DNA from: Podarcis melisellensis
Lineage: Eukaryota
Reading direction: 5' to 3' (one strand)
DNA: 64,000 nucleotides
Assembly (NCBI GenBank): GCA_964234715.1
Contig: OZ174279.1
Shown piece after piece: positions 13,701 to 27,516 of the stretch (position 1 is its first letter; each line of letters begins with the position of its first letter). A model generated the notes under the pieces. That model was not told the origin of the DNA. It saw only the letters and a program-made list of their open reading frames with translations, and ran no database searches. Both the position numbers and the translations under genes were made by a program.

Positions 13701-14927
13701 GCTATCAGCCTTTGTGCTTTGAATGCTACTATTACTAACAGAGGAGCCAAGTCCTAGGGGTGAAGGTCCCTTTGGCTCCAATAAAATAATTGAGGGGGTG
13801 TGCCCCCATGTTGGTGGGCATTGCCATTCAAATGGGGTGCGTGTGGTATTGTGGTCAGTTTTTCATGGGAAGGGCTTATCTGCCCTCCCCCCAATGTTTT
13901 ATTCAAGTTGGCACCCTTGTTCACTAATCATTATACGTGAAGCCCACCTTCGTCCAAGCATCTCAGAAAAGTATACATGGTTCTTGTCACCCAATTTTAT
14001 CCTCACAACAGTCCTGTGAGGTAGGCTAGGGTGAGAGATAGACTGGCCCACAGACACTTTGTGGCCAAGTGGGGATTTGACTCTGGGTCTCCTTCATCCT
14101 AGTCGACTGCTTAAGCCACTATACTACATTGGCTCTTGATTGTTTATTGTGGCTATAGATATCTTAACAATGCCATGAACTTCTCTGCGATGGACTATGA
14201 TCATCCCAAATGGGTTAAACCAATCTCTAGTGTCAAAAGCTAGGATTATCTTCAGTATAAGTCAAAAGCTGTATGACGTCAGTCCAGAGGCACCTCTGTG
14301 GGAAGGGAGTTCCACAACTTCATGACTGATCAGAGATGTGAAGCCATATCTCCCCAGCCACAACACCCCAACCACTGCACCATCCTTTACCATCTCATGC
14401 TTCTTCATCTTCATCATCACTCTCCCTGTAGGTGTGGGTACAGACTCTCTTTTTGGTGTGTGGCCCTAGGAAATGTAATGACGAACTCCGGCCCTTCAAA
14501 ATTCACCACTACAGCACTGGGTGCAGGTACTAATGGAACAGAACCATCCAAACCTAAAGGGCTCACATTTATATTAGGTTTAATTTGCCCCGTTTATCTC
14601 TGGGTTAATTTCCTCCTCCCATCTATTTAGGCAGGAACATAGCAAGCTACCTTACACCAGTTCAGATCATATGCTTGTTTAACCCAGCATTAGCCAGCAT
14701 GGTACCCTCCAGATGTTGGACACCAGTTCCTATCAGCCCCAAGTAGCACAGCCAATGATGGGGGTGATGGGGGTTGTAGTCCATGAACATCTGGAGCGCA
14801 CTGCACTGGCTACCCAACCAATGACTTGAAGTTGCTTTCCATGGTTTCAGGGACATGGTCTTTTGTATCACCTGCTCCTGGAAATGTCAGGAATTTAACC
14901 CCAGAGACCTTCTGCATGCAAAGCCTT

Positions 14928-15467
14928 AACCCCTTATTAATACTCGGAAACTACAACTATTCCAGAATGCAGCAGCTAGACTGGTGACTGGGGGCAGACA
15001 CCAAGACCACATAACACCGGTCTTGAAAGACCTACATTGGCTCCCAGTATGTTTCTGAGCACAATTCAAAGTGTTAGTGTTGACCTTTAAAGCCCTAAAC
15101 AGCCTCGGCCCAGTATACCTGAAGGAGCGTCTCCACCCCCATCGTTCTGCCCGGACACTGAGGTCCAGCACCGAGGGCCTTCTGGCGGCTCCCTCATTGC
15201 GAAGCAAAGCTACAGGGAACCAAGCAGAGGGCCTTCTCGGTAGTGGCGTCTGCCCTGTGGAATGCCCTCCCATTAGATGTCAAAGAGATAAACAACTACC
15301 TGACATTTAGAAGACATCTGAAGGCAGCCCTGTTCAGGGATGTTTTTAATGTGTGACATTTTAATGTATTTTTAATCTTTGTTGGAAGCCACCCAGAGTG
15401 GCTTGGGAAACCCAGTCAGATGGGCAGGGTACAAATCACAAATTATTATTATTATTATTTATTATTA
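14928..15467 (+). mobile_element. L2-type LINE 3' fragment
   Basis: QNAAARLVTG..DHITPVLKDLHWLPV..AQFKVLVLTFKALNSLGPVYL, 3' UTR and (ATT)n tail. Confidence 0.85.
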
Positions 15468-18400
15468 TGCAGCCTGCTGCTGCCCTGTGGATGGGTAGCA
15501 TGCAGTATATGCCAAGTATAAAGTACTGGGAGAGCAGGCATTTACTCTGGGAGCTCACTTGTGCTGATGATTCCTCCTGGGCCATTTTCCATTTAAAAGA
15601 TTTAGATGGCCCTTTGTTTTCAGACATTAGTCGGTACGTGAAGCAAGGAAAGACCTCTCCAGAGAAACACTGGAGAATGGCCTAGATTATGACAGTCACA
15701 TGTTTTTGTGCCAGTGTGAATGGCTCAGTTGAACAGTAATTGCAATACACCAACACAGCCTGTAGACCTTCCTTTTAAAAGTGTTTACATTTTTTAAAAA
15801 AACAACAACAACCCAGTTTGGTGATCCCTTTGAAGCCATGTTATAAAATTTTGGTGCCTTTCTTGTCTCTTCTCTTGTTCAGCAGTTTTCCCCCTTCACT
15901 TGCTCTGTTTTTCCCCCCTATAGAACAAAGAGCCAACACGGATTTTCTTTGTTTTACTTTTTTCTGTTTTCATAAGCCGCTTGGGAGCTGTCACAGACCT
16001 AGGATTAGGGCTGTGAGTTGACCAGGGTCTTTCTTTTACAGGCCGTTTCCGAGGCAAGAAAACCAAAATGTAATGGTTGGACTATACAGAAGTTTACAGA
16101 GCACAGCTCTTCTTAGCATTTTGGAGGGTATATTTAGGCTACTGAAAACACTTATAAGTATATGAAGTTGTGTTATACTGAGGTGAATTTAACACAGCAT
16201 TGGCCCTATGCAGGCATTTGCTGGGCTAGTGGGATTCTTCATGTGGAAGAAGAAAATGTGTGCCTTCATCATGCAAAATCATGGAAACGTTCCAGTGTAG
16301 TGAGGAAGGAGACAGCCATGGGCTCGATTTTAAGATATAATTAGGTTAAGTTATAATTTTAAATGACTATTTTAAACAGGATATACTTGAATATTAAAAC
16401 ACTGGTGTGCAAAATATCCCATGTTCTGCTGGCATTGAGTTATGAAGCTTACAATACTTTCAGAGCTCCAAAATATTTGACACAAAGAGAGAGTCTATGT
16501 ACAACCAGGCTCCAAAGCGGCTGTGCAGTTCACAGGTCTTCCATAGGAGATTGTTGTGTGTATTCTTCATTTACATTCAGAATTACATTCAGCCCAGCTC
16601 AATTTATTATTACAGTTGACAGACCAAAGCTGAAAACATTTCAGATTCAGTCACAGTTTCTAAAAGAACAAAACACAGAAGCGATACACTGTATGGATCT
16701 ATGGTGATGTCATCACCCTACAAGGGCGATTTCTAGGTGAGGACGTTCTAGCTGTCAGATATGACTTGTAAAACTTGACCTAGCAAGTGTTTAAGATGGT
16801 TGCATGAAAAACAACCTTGAGAGCTGGGGTGGGGGATTTTTTCCATTTTTGTTCTCTGTGTTTCTTTTACCCCCTTGCCCTCCGGCAATCTTGAATTCAG
16901 CTCTCCATATTTCTGCAGCAATTTGTGGATTTAAAAAAAAAAACTTCATGAAACTGCATCGACATTTTAGTGCAAGTTTATCCAGATAAACACATTTTTG
17001 TATGCATTTGTGACTGATCTTTGCAAGCAATTTCCCTGGATATAGTGCACTTTTGTACATTATTTTCACTAATATATATGCACATTTTGTAAACGTTGGC
17101 TGGTTGGAAAACTGTTTTGCTATATTCGGATAAGTGTGAAGTTTGGAGGGTGGTTCTGTGTTTCAGTGTGAATTTGATAGATTCAGTTTTAAATGTGAAC
17201 TGAACTGAATTCCCCCCCCCCATCCCTCCTTGAGAGGCTCCTTCTGCTTTTCAAAAGCACCCGATGTTAATGTATTCTTTCTAAATGACGACCTAAATTA
17301 CATATTCTTTGAGAAATTTGCCACACATCAGTTTTAGTGAGCCAGGCTTACCAGCTCTATCTCCTTCAATGTAGCCTTGGGACAATTTTTCTTTTCTTCT
17401 ATATGTGGGTCATTTTAATTATGATTTCTTTTAGCTTAACCTACTTGACAAATGTCCCTAAAGAATCTGCAGTGCTTTCCACTGAGCTTTAATTCTGAAA
17501 ATGTTCTCTTTGGTTGCATGTATTTCTCTTGGGTGGGATTTATGAATTGAGGCCTTCCCAGTCCTGCTCTGGCACTCTGATCACTAGGGCATACTGCCTT
17601 TCACTATCAGCTTGCATTGAATTCACCATGTAAACAGCAGCCATGTGAACTAATCCACCATACTTTTCTATCATAGAGGGGGTTTCAAACTGTTCGCAGT
17701 GGCCTGCAGCATGTCCACATTAAATAATCATATCGATTTGTAATTCTATTTTTATTGCTTATTTTATTTCTTATATTGTATTTTATTGTGTTACACTTTA
17801 AAGTCTATATCATTTGTGTGCTCAGGTATTTATAGCCAACCTTTTGTAGTAAGTCCCAGGTAAAGAACATCTTAAGAGCACATTCACGGGACAAGATATG
17901 ATAGTTCAGTGTGAAGGCTTTCATTCATTTGCTATATTTCAAGAAGAATTAATTAAATCCCATTTGTTTCCTTTCAGCAATAACTCTGACCTTCAGAGAT
18001 TATGAGACTTCAAATGATCAGAACGTACCATAAAATAACTTTACATCTTTCAATTTCCTTGCCACACTCTGTTGTGATATTTCCCAAGACTGTGCCTGGA
18101 TTCATCATTCATGCTCTGTTAATGGCTGAGTTGGCAGCTTTTATTAAGTCTCCACAAAGAGACTGTACACATTGTAGTACAGCAGTATGTCACAAAGGTC
18201 TTTCAGGTGCTCCTCCAGTATCAATGGCATGGTATATGTTCCAGCTAGCTCCTTTTATGAAGACACAAGCATACATTTAGTGTTATGGTGTACAATACGT
18301 TATTTAAAATATGATGTTTGCTGCAACTTTGCAGCATGAACATCACAACTGTTGTGTTATGGTTGCCTAATGTTATTGCTTATGTCACTGTGATGTTAGG

Positions 18401-19342
18401 GCATTCAGGACGCTGCATATTGTATGTGCTGGTGGTGCAAGTCTTAAGAATGGCTTTGGCAGCATAGCCTTAATGACACAAAGCGTCTCCATTAAAAAAT
18501 CACACAGGTCAATTCCTAATGCCACTGAAAAGCCTCCTCTTTGTACGTGTAAATAATATGTGCACAATGCTAATTGTTTTGACAATATATGTGGGCTGAG
18601 CCTTGACCTACCAAATCATCTCAGTCCAGGCATCATGCCAAACAGTGGCCAGGGAAACATAATTTGCAGTCTCTAGTTGAACACAGGCACCCAAGTTTCA
18701 AGTATGCACAGCTATATGAGGAGCTGGTCCTCTAAAATAAGGACATCAGCTGAACATGTGGGGACATGTGGAGTCCTTGAAATATTTTAAAAACATTTTC
18801 TTTTTCTATTTACATGTGTTGCAAATGACTGGCTAGACATTCCCAACAGATGGATGTCCAACCTGCTTGAAGACCTTCAACCCAATGGCCTCTAGGCTAT
18901 TGGTGCTATTGTTGAACTTTTCTGAATTCTACCCTCCTGTAGCTTAAGCCCATAGCATCTAGTACTTCCCTCTAAAGCAATAGAGAGCATATCTTTGCCT
19001 TCTTCTCTTTGAACATCCCAGGTGAGATCTACTGTAACTAGTGCAGCATAAAGAAGAACTTCTACTCCTTGTGACTCAGAAACCATGGTTCTGTTAAGAC
19101 AGCATAAAATTGAATTTGCTTTTTCCTTTTTTCCTTTGCCACCTTCACATTGCTTACACGGTCAGCTTGTAACCAGCTGTAACCCTGAAATCCTTTTCAT
19201 TTGTACTAGTGCCAAGATGGATATCCTCATTCCTATAATTGTGCATTTTACTTTTGGTTTGGGGGATAAATGTCAAATTTTCCCTTTGTTTCTGACTCTC
19301 TAATATTGTTTTGTTTGACCCCTGTATTTATTTATATTCACA

Positions 19343-19384
19343 TACTACTACTACTACTACTACTACTTATCATCATCATCATCC
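19343..19384. repeat. Compound (TAC)n(ATC)n microsatellite
   Basis: Read directly. Confidence 0.85.
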
Positions 19385-20380
19385 TGCCCTTCCTTCCAAA
19401 GAAATATATGACATGCACAATAACAGGTCTTCTGCTTTCTGGAACTCTACCCATTTGTGTTTTCTTTCTTTCTTTTAGAAACTAAACTCAACTCTCCTTA
19501 CTTCCTGACATCCTTTACCTTCACTGGTTCCGCTTGGAGCACTGCAGCAGCCCCCACCCCCTGCCCCGGGGGGCTTAAAAAGTCATGCTAAGCTCAGAAA
19601 ATCTGTGCAATAGTCCCAGCAGGCACAGGAAATGTGCATTAGCATTCACAAAGGTCTGAAACGAGCAGCAGCAATAACTCCCAATTTAAGCATTAATCCT
19701 CCCAGAAATTCTCCAAGGGCCTCATTTTCATAGAGGACAGATCAATAAAATGAATTTGGAGTTTATTGCCCAATTTCTTTTTCAACTACACTTTGGGAAG
19801 AACACTTCCAAAGACTTTTAAAAATCACAAACTCCCCCAACATAAACAGCTTAAGTGGAGCCGCACAAAAGGTCGACATGAAGAGCTTGATAATGCTGGC
19901 CTGCCCGGGTCATTGCAAGGATTGCTGAGAGAATTGCTTTGAATACCCTGAAACTAAAACACAATACGAATTATCTGCTATAAACGTTATTATTATTCTA
20001 AGCTAGAGTGCATCCCTGTGATACATAATGGCCGGGAATTTCAGACTCCATACAGAAAACTATTGTTCGTCATTGAATGACCACAGACAATCCCCAGTAA
20101 AGTCAGCGTGCATGTGACTTACAGACAAAACCTCTCTATTTAAAGAGGACCTACATCTGGTAGACCTACTTTTCAGCACCATGTGGCATGTGTCTCAAGT
20201 GGCAAGTGCACTCTCAGGTGTGGTGGAACATACTGTCTCTTTGAGCTGTCAATTCATCTGTCGTTTGTATTGTGGAGTGGGAGAGGAGGCACCAACATTT
20301 ATTGGGGGTCCCCTCATGCCAGCAATGAAGTATATGAGCACCAGATGTATGGGGTGGAAGAAAAGAGTGATTGTCTCAGA

Positions 20381-20516
20381 CAGGCATCCCCAAATTTGGC
20401 CCTCCAGATGTTTGGGGACTACAACTCCCATCATCCCTAGCTAACAGGACCAGTGGTCAGGGATGATGGGAACTGTGGTCCCAAAACATCTGGAGGGCCG
20501 AGTCTGGGGGTGCCTG
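20381..20516. mobile_element. Palindromic hAT-type MITE (partial relatives near 14685-14810, 21960-22065, 27030-27080, 33850-33965)
   Basis: CAGGCATCCCCA...TGGGGGTGCCTG, almost fully self-complementary; imperfect 8-bp TSD gtctcaga / gtctagga. Confidence 0.8.
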
Positions 20517-20845
20517 GTCTAGGAACTTGTTCTCCACCTAAAGTTTTAGTGCTGGCTTTCCCCATCCAACCCCTTAATTTGTTACTCACATTAGCATCCA
20601 TTACCAGTGGTCTGGAACATTACAAATTCCTTGCGGTACTTGCTATATCCATTATGGGCACACACCTTTCTCGTATAAAAATAAAATATAGGGCTATCTA
20701 CATTTCTAGGGGGGTTCCCCATAAAGGCAGAAAAATCTGCAGTACCCATGGCATTCAACCCAGAGGCAGATCTTCCACATGTGAGGTAAACAATGCATAG
20801 CAATAGACCTTCTCCTTCTCAGTCCCTTTACTTAGCATGCATCCA

Positions 20846-21120
20846 GTGTTGGATTAGGTCCTGGGAGATCAGGGTTCAAATCATAGCTGTCAACGTTTCC
20901 CTTTTTTTAAGGGAAATTCCCTTATTCTGAATAGGATTCCATGCAAGAAAAGGGAAAAGTTGACAGCTATGGTTCAAATCCCCACTCAGCCATGAAGCTT
21001 ACTGGACCAGTCTTGATCTCTCAACCTAAGTTACCATCAAAGGGTTGTTGTGAGGGTAAGAAGGGTGAGAACCATGTACAGTGCTTTGATCTCTTTGGAG
21101 GGAAGGTGGGATCTCAATGT
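20846..21120 (+). mobile_element. tRNA-derived squamate SINE (Squam3/MIR-like), interrupted by a MITE; relatives at 13940-14135 (-), 63040-63240 (+), 63825-64000 (+)
   Basis: ctgggagatcagggttcaaat|ccccactcagccatgaagc...gggttgttgtgagg core. Confidence 0.7.
20882..20971. mobile_element. 90-bp hAT-type MITE
   Basis: Perfect 13-bp TIR CATAGCTGTCAAC and perfect 8-bp TSD gttcaaat. Confidence 0.9.
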
Positions 21121-24070
21121 GTTTTCAAAAACACAGCAGCCTCAACTCTGAACAAATGGGCCTCTAGTGGGGAGTTCTTATCACATCTCTGTGTCAGATG
21201 CTCTAATCGGTTTTCTGGTAAAAAAAGACAATCCCTTTCCTGATTTGGGGACTGACATCCATATAGAATTTGTCATCTAGCTGCTCTTCTGCTATACTTG
21301 CAAAATAGATCCACACAAACTGCTCTTAAATAAAAGATGCCTTTGGATTTTCAATTTTTGAAAGGCTGCTTAGTTTTCATCTAAAAAGAATATATGAATA
21401 TCTATGACATTTTCACTTTACCCCCCAAGCTATCTGAGTTATAATATCCTCCAGGATTTTTTTAAAAGTGTTTTCATGACAAACATTAGCTCCTCGGCTG
21501 CAGTCATGTTCATAGCAATGTAGCTCCATCCAATAAGATGAAATTCTATTACCCTTTCAAAACTTATGTTTGTGTCTTTCATTTCACAGCAAGTTGAATA
21601 TACGATATAATGACACACTAGCTGCTTGTTGACAAAAATACATCATCTTTCTAGGATGTTTGTTGCTACCTAGATTTGCCAGAAAGCTTATTAAAAGTTA
21701 ACTAAATTTCACATTAGGAGCTGGATGGCACAAAGCTTGCCAGCCTAGTCTTCCAGGTTGTTGGAAACAAAGATTGGGAAGTTTTGGAAAGAGCTAAACA
21801 TTTTAAACAATGTTTTGAAATTCATGGGGGGGGGAAAACAAAGTCTAATTGCTGAACATCAGCCAAGAAGGAAGTGAAAGGTATGAGGTGATTGGTCGCA
21901 CGACAATAAGCACCCCACTGGTGCCACAGGACCAGTGCAGAAGACTTTAATAATGTTGGGATGGGGAACCTGAGTCCTTCCAGATGTTATTGAACTCAAT
22001 CTCCCACCAGTCTCAGCCAATATCAGCAGCAGACACATCATACAATATGGTTCCCCCCATCCCTGCTTTAGTGACTTGCCTCAATGCAGGTTCAGCATAG
22101 ATGCACTAAACGTTTCGTCCTATCCCTGCTGTCCGTGGTTCGCATTTGATGGCGTTGGCATGATGTGCACTCCATGGGAGCAGCCAAAAATTGCAGCATG
22201 CACCCCCCATCTTAAAGCAAGTAAGAGCAGGTAGGCCTTTCTGCATGGAGTCTTTTGCCAAACACAACTGTTGTTGAAGTAAGACATCCTTGAGCCGGGA
22301 GAAAGACCCTGCCGGTAGCTAGGTCTGACCTCTCTGGTGTGTCCAACTCAACCATGTGTTGTTTGTCTCCATGATTTGCCTTCCATAATCAGAGGCACCA
22401 TGCCTCTGAGTACCAGTTGCTAGGGAACAACCGTGGGATATGGCTACTGTGCTCATCTTCTGCCTCTGGGTTTCTCTGTATCTGATTGGCCACTGTGGGA
22501 GTAAGGGTGTTGAACCAGATAGGCCTATGGTCTGATCCAGCAGGGCTCTTCTCTTCTTACATGCATGCTCTTGGGTGTTTCATTCCCCACTATAGCTTAT
22601 TAAATTGAAAAAGAGGCAGAGAAAATCAGTGGAATACTATTTCCCCCCATATACCTGCCCTGTCTGTACACTAGCACTCCCACATCTGTCAGTATGAATG
22701 AGCGATATATATTTCTAAAGTAAATATTTTATCATGGTTATGTCTTTATGCTGCTCCTCATACGTTGGCCAAGAGTCAGTGACATATATCCCCTTTTAAA
22801 AATTATTTACTCTTGTGTCTAAGATCATTCACTTCCCCAAACTGACTGTAAATCAATACCTGCACTGACTGTGCAAATGGGAAAAGACAGGGTGAGAATC
22901 GTGGCTTTGATACATCCAGGTTTACAAAGGAATGGCAATCAGTCAGTGTGGCTTTTGTTTACATTGGCAATTGTGAGTGACGATTGTCTCCAAACCTCAG
23001 AACGTTGAAAGAAGCAACACCTATGCAGCTCCATAAAAGAAGTTATCAATTTGGAGAAATAGTTTTCTATAGACATACATGCAATGCCACCTGTTATACC
23101 TAATGAGTGAAGGCAGGTTCCCACCCTCAGCAAGTGACCTCCAGCCCACCTCCACAGAGGGAAACATAACTTAGGACCCTGGGAAGGAAGCATCTGTTGG
23201 CAAAAATGTAAAATTTTGATTGGAGGAGACAATATCACAAATTATGGACTATACCTTGCTGGCAGAGAAGAGATGGAAAGGCATCTGGATGTGAAAGAGC
23301 TATGGTCCAGTGTCCCCTTTGTAGCCTTGAGCTGTTCTTATGTTGCCCTTCTAATTCTAATTTGAGCATGTTGGTGGGCATTGTTTGAAATCATGGCCTG
23401 ACTTCTTTGAACAACTGGGCTTAGAAACCAGCTTGTTAACTGAGGCACTCCAGAAATGGAGGTTGGCCCTGAGACACATGTGAATGTGCACACATAAACA
23501 CACCCATTTATCAAGGAGGATAAGTCTATCAATGGCTACTCACCATGACAGCCATGTTCTGCCTTCTCCATTGGCCATGTTCTACCTCTGCTGGGAATCC
23601 CTAGTGAGGAGAGCACAGTTGCACTTAGATCCTGTTGGTGGGTTTCCCATAGGCGTTCTGGCTGGCCACTGAGAGTGAAGGGTGTTGGACTAAAATGGGC
23701 CCTTGACCAGATCAAGCAGGGCTCCTTTTACATTCTTGTGTTCTTAGTTTATACAGCAAACCTGGTTGTGGACTAGTTTTAGTGACTTCACTGCAAAACT
23801 CTGCTTAGTTTCAGCAGTCGTGATGACTTTAGTTTCATGTTATTCTCTCTCCTCTACATGGTTCTTTTTTTTCCTTGACATTGTTTGATATTTCAGCTGA
23901 TTAAAGCCCCATAATACACAGTAATCTGTATTTAATTACAAGGGCCACTTGTGTCATGCCTAGGAATCAAGGTTGTCCTAGCAACAGTGAAGGAAATCTC
24001 ACCTCTGAATGAGGAAACCGAGCCCAGCTCCCTCAGCAAGCTTAGCCAACCAGTTGACATGAAAAGCAAT

Positions 24071-24072
<2 letters not shown>

Positions 24073-24112
<40 letters not shown>
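24073..24112. repeat. (GT)20 microsatellite
   Basis: Read directly. Confidence 0.95.
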
Positions 24113-24114
<2 letters not shown>

Positions 24115-24209
24115 AGCAAGTGTTTCAAAAATGTGATAGAGTGTTTCAGAACTGTATTGGTCTTGCAGTATGTATTCTTGGCCGCTGCCATGTAACCTTA
24201 ACTGATAAC

Positions 24210-24402
24210 TCTTGGTAAGAGCTGTCTGACAGTGAAACAGACTACCTCAGAATGTGGTAGACTTTCCTTCATTGGAGGTTTTTAAACTGAGGCTGGATGG
24301 CTGGATGTCAGAGATTCTTTAGCTGTGATTTCTGCATTGAAGGGAGCTGGACTAGATGACTTGAAGCCCATTCCGACTCTACAGTTGTATGATTCTATGA
24401 TG
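24210..24402 (+). mobile_element. CR1 3' end
   Basis: gtaagagctgt...ggaggtttttaaa...ggactagatgac...tatgattctatga. Confidence 0.7.
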
Positions 24403-25216
24403 CTATGATAACTGGTCATCTTATCTTTCATAATTGTACTTACATTGTGTTATTTTACTCTTTATTTTTTATTATACTTTGCATCGCTTGAATGATTTAA
24501 CAGGGCAGTGATTAATAAGCATGATAAATGTGTGTGTGTGTTAAAGTATATATTTGATAACCTTGTAGAAATACTTATTTACAGTTATAGACCATTTCCA
24601 GGAGTCTCTACTGCAAGACCAAGATTAGCTCCATCTAACATATCCACAGCAGTATTCTGTACTCCCTGGTTTATTAAAGTAATTCCATTGATTTGGACCA
24701 CCACTTTGGCAGCTTTCAGAGAAAGGGTTGGTCAACCAGGCAGAAACAATGTCACAACTTCACAAAGCTGTCCCAACCAGAGACTGGATGGTGGGAGGCA
24801 TGGCACTGCGGCTGATTAAATGTCCCTTGGGGTTATTCTGTAATTTGTTTTTGCAGCGTTCACTGGATGACTAATTGGCATATTTGGGAGGAACCTTTCC
24901 GCTGCTCAGGCTGATGGCCCCCAGGAGATGAAGGACAGGGCAGAATTGCCTTCTCCTCTACTATACCTGACTGGCTGCTTGCATGAGGCTTCTGAAATGC
25001 CTGCTTGTGTCTTTCTTTACTGCACCTGCATTTTGCTTGTGAAGCATGGGATAGTGGGACTTTTGTAGGCTGACTAAAGAGGAGGTGGAACTACTGGGTA
25101 AATAGGCATGACTATCAGAAGGGGCTAAGGGCTTTCTGGGACAACTCCTCACCCATCCGTTCTCACAGGATCCTAGCAAACCCTGTTTGACCCTGGGGCT
25201 AATACACAACATAGGT

Positions 25217-25350
25217 TAAGGTTACCATTTTTCCCCCCAGTGAATCTGGGGACACTTTTCAATTTCCTACTAAATAGATGGATTTTGTCATGGGACTGAT
25301 TGGTAAATCAGGGGACTGTCCCCGGGAAACAGGGACGTCTGGTAACCTTA
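25217..25350. mobile_element. hAT-type MITE
   Basis: TIR TAAGGTTACCA / TGGTAACCTTA; 8-bp TSD acataggt / gcataggt. Confidence 0.82.
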
Positions 25351-25943
25351 GCATAGGTGCCATGCCACAAACCACCTTCACTTGTGATTCAATCCCTGGC
25401 ATCTCCCCTTGGGTTGCAAAAGATCCTGACCTAAAATCCTGGAGAGATGCTCCCAGTCAGTACAGGCAATGCCAGGCTAGATGGACCAATCATGCAACTT
25501 GGGATAAGGCACCTTGCTATGTTCCTAAAAGCCATGCTTGTGCCTTTCTTTACCAAGCTCTTAAACTTGCATTTATTCCCACCTGGGACTGGAGGTTTGC
25601 AATTTCCATTTAAAACAGGAATATATAACTATGCTTCCCAGTTTGTTTATTCATAGCAATATCTTCCCAGTGGGAGCCTCTGTTTACATTTCCCCTTCCC
25701 CTGGCATTTGCTTCCAGTTTATGGATAGGGTGCATGTTTCATAAGCAACCTAACTGGGATGATTATGGGAAAAGCACAAACAGGACCTCTTGGTTCATCT
25801 GCCCCCTCAGTTTCACCGGCCTTAGTCCTCCTTATTGGAGGAGTCATCTTGAATATAGAACCATCTCATGCTCCTCATCTTCTTCCTTTTAGGGTAAATT
25901 AAAATAGTCTGCATCCATTGAAGCTGGGCAGGAGAGTTAAATA

Positions 25944-26750
25944 CCGTATTTTTTGCTCCATAAGACACACTTTTTTCTTCCTAAAAAGTAAAGGGAAATG
26001 TCTGTGCGTCTTATGGAGCGAATGCGTGGTCCCTGGAACCGAATTGCCCAGGGGCAAAAAGCAGATCATGCTTTCTTTTTTTAAAGAGTGAAGTGGGTGT
26101 TGAAACAAAGCTGCTGATTGTTTGCAGATCGGGGAGCGAGATAAGGGACACTAGAGATAAAGGAGGCTGCCTGGGAAGGGGGGGAGGTAAAGACAGCAAA
26201 CTTGCAAAGGGGGTAAACAGGAAGACTAGAGCAATAAGGAGAGAAATTAGAAGAAAAGGAGGAGCAAAAAACTGATCCAGCTAAGGAAAAGACACTAGGG
26301 CAAACAAGAGGGAAGGGAGTGTTGAAAGGAAACAGCTGATCGGTGGGATCGGAAGAGAGATAAGGGATGCGAGAGGAGGCTGCCTGGGAGGAGGAGGGAA
26401 AACCCCGTGGATCCTCAGGATTTTTACACTGAGTCACCCCAGATTCACCATCAGATCACATAGCATGTCCATGGCTACAGCCTGCACCAAAAGAATAATG
26501 CACCCACTGTTACGTGGGGCCGCAATGGTGCAAAAAACATGGTTACAAAGCACAGATCCACATGGATCCTCAGGATTTTTGCATTGGGTCACCCCAAATT
26601 CACCATCAGATCACATGTCTGTGGCCACAGCATGAACCACATAAATCATACATCCATTGTTTCGTTCAGAATATTTTTTTTCTTGTTTTCCTCCTCTAAA
26701 AACTAGGTGCATCTTATGGTCAGGTGCGTCTTATGGAGCGAAAAATACGG
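25944..26750. mobile_element. Non-autonomous Tc1/mariner-superfamily element (807 bp)
   Basis: 27-bp TIRs CCGTATTTTTYGCTCCATAAGACRCAC, TA TSD on both sides, internal ~50-bp direct repeats near 26409 and 26564. Confidence 0.88.
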
Positions 26751-27288
26751 TAAGTTGAGAAAGGTCATGGTGTATATATGTGAGAAAGAGCACATTGTGC
26801 AACTGAAAGTGAGCAGACTGATATGTATAGTGATTTGGGGTTAAGGCTTATTTGGAAATGGGGAACTGGTTGTTGGAAACATAGGAAGCTGCCTTATTCG
26901 GAGTCAGACCATTGAGCACCGTCTATACTGGCTGGCTCTAGGATTTTAGGCAGCGTCCTCTCCCAGCCCAACCTGGAGATGCCACGGAGGGTTGAACCTG
27001 GATGTCCTATACACAGCAGACTGGCCCAGAGTTGGAATCCAGCAATATCTGGAGGGCCACAGGTTCCCCATATCTGCCTTAACTAAAGTAAGAGGAAACT
27101 TAAACATAACCCTACCTATCATTTGACTGTGGTGAGGGGAGCGAGGTGGCATCTCTATGTTCAAAAAAATGTAGTGGCATAATTGTCTGCAGTAAATAAC
27201 TCCGCACATATTGTCATTATTATATACTCTGTAAGATGGAGAGAAACAATGCATTGGGAATATTTTTGAGCTAATGTATTCCATGTAT

Positions 27289-27516
27289 TTGCTTGGTCCC
27301 TGCTCCTGCCAACCTAGCAGTTCGAAAGCACGTCAAAGTGCAAGTAGATAAATAGGTACTGCTCCGGCGGGAAGCTAAACGGCCTTTCCATGCGCTGCTC
27401 TGGTTCACCAGAAGCGGCTTAGTCATGCTGGCCACATGACCCGGAAGCTGTACACCAGCTCCCTCGGCCAATAAAGCGGCCACGACTGGACCTAATGGTC
27501 AGGGGTCCCTTTACCT
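27289..27516 (+). mobile_element. Sauria SINE, 5'-truncated with internal deletion
   Basis: Aligns with the 3' two-thirds of the other copies. TSD tattccatgtat / tattccctgtat. Confidence 0.88.

Noticed and set aside
4952-14281. Two isolated full CRE palindromes TGACGTCA (4952 and 14274)
   Set aside because: Single 8-mers without supporting context; compatible with chance.
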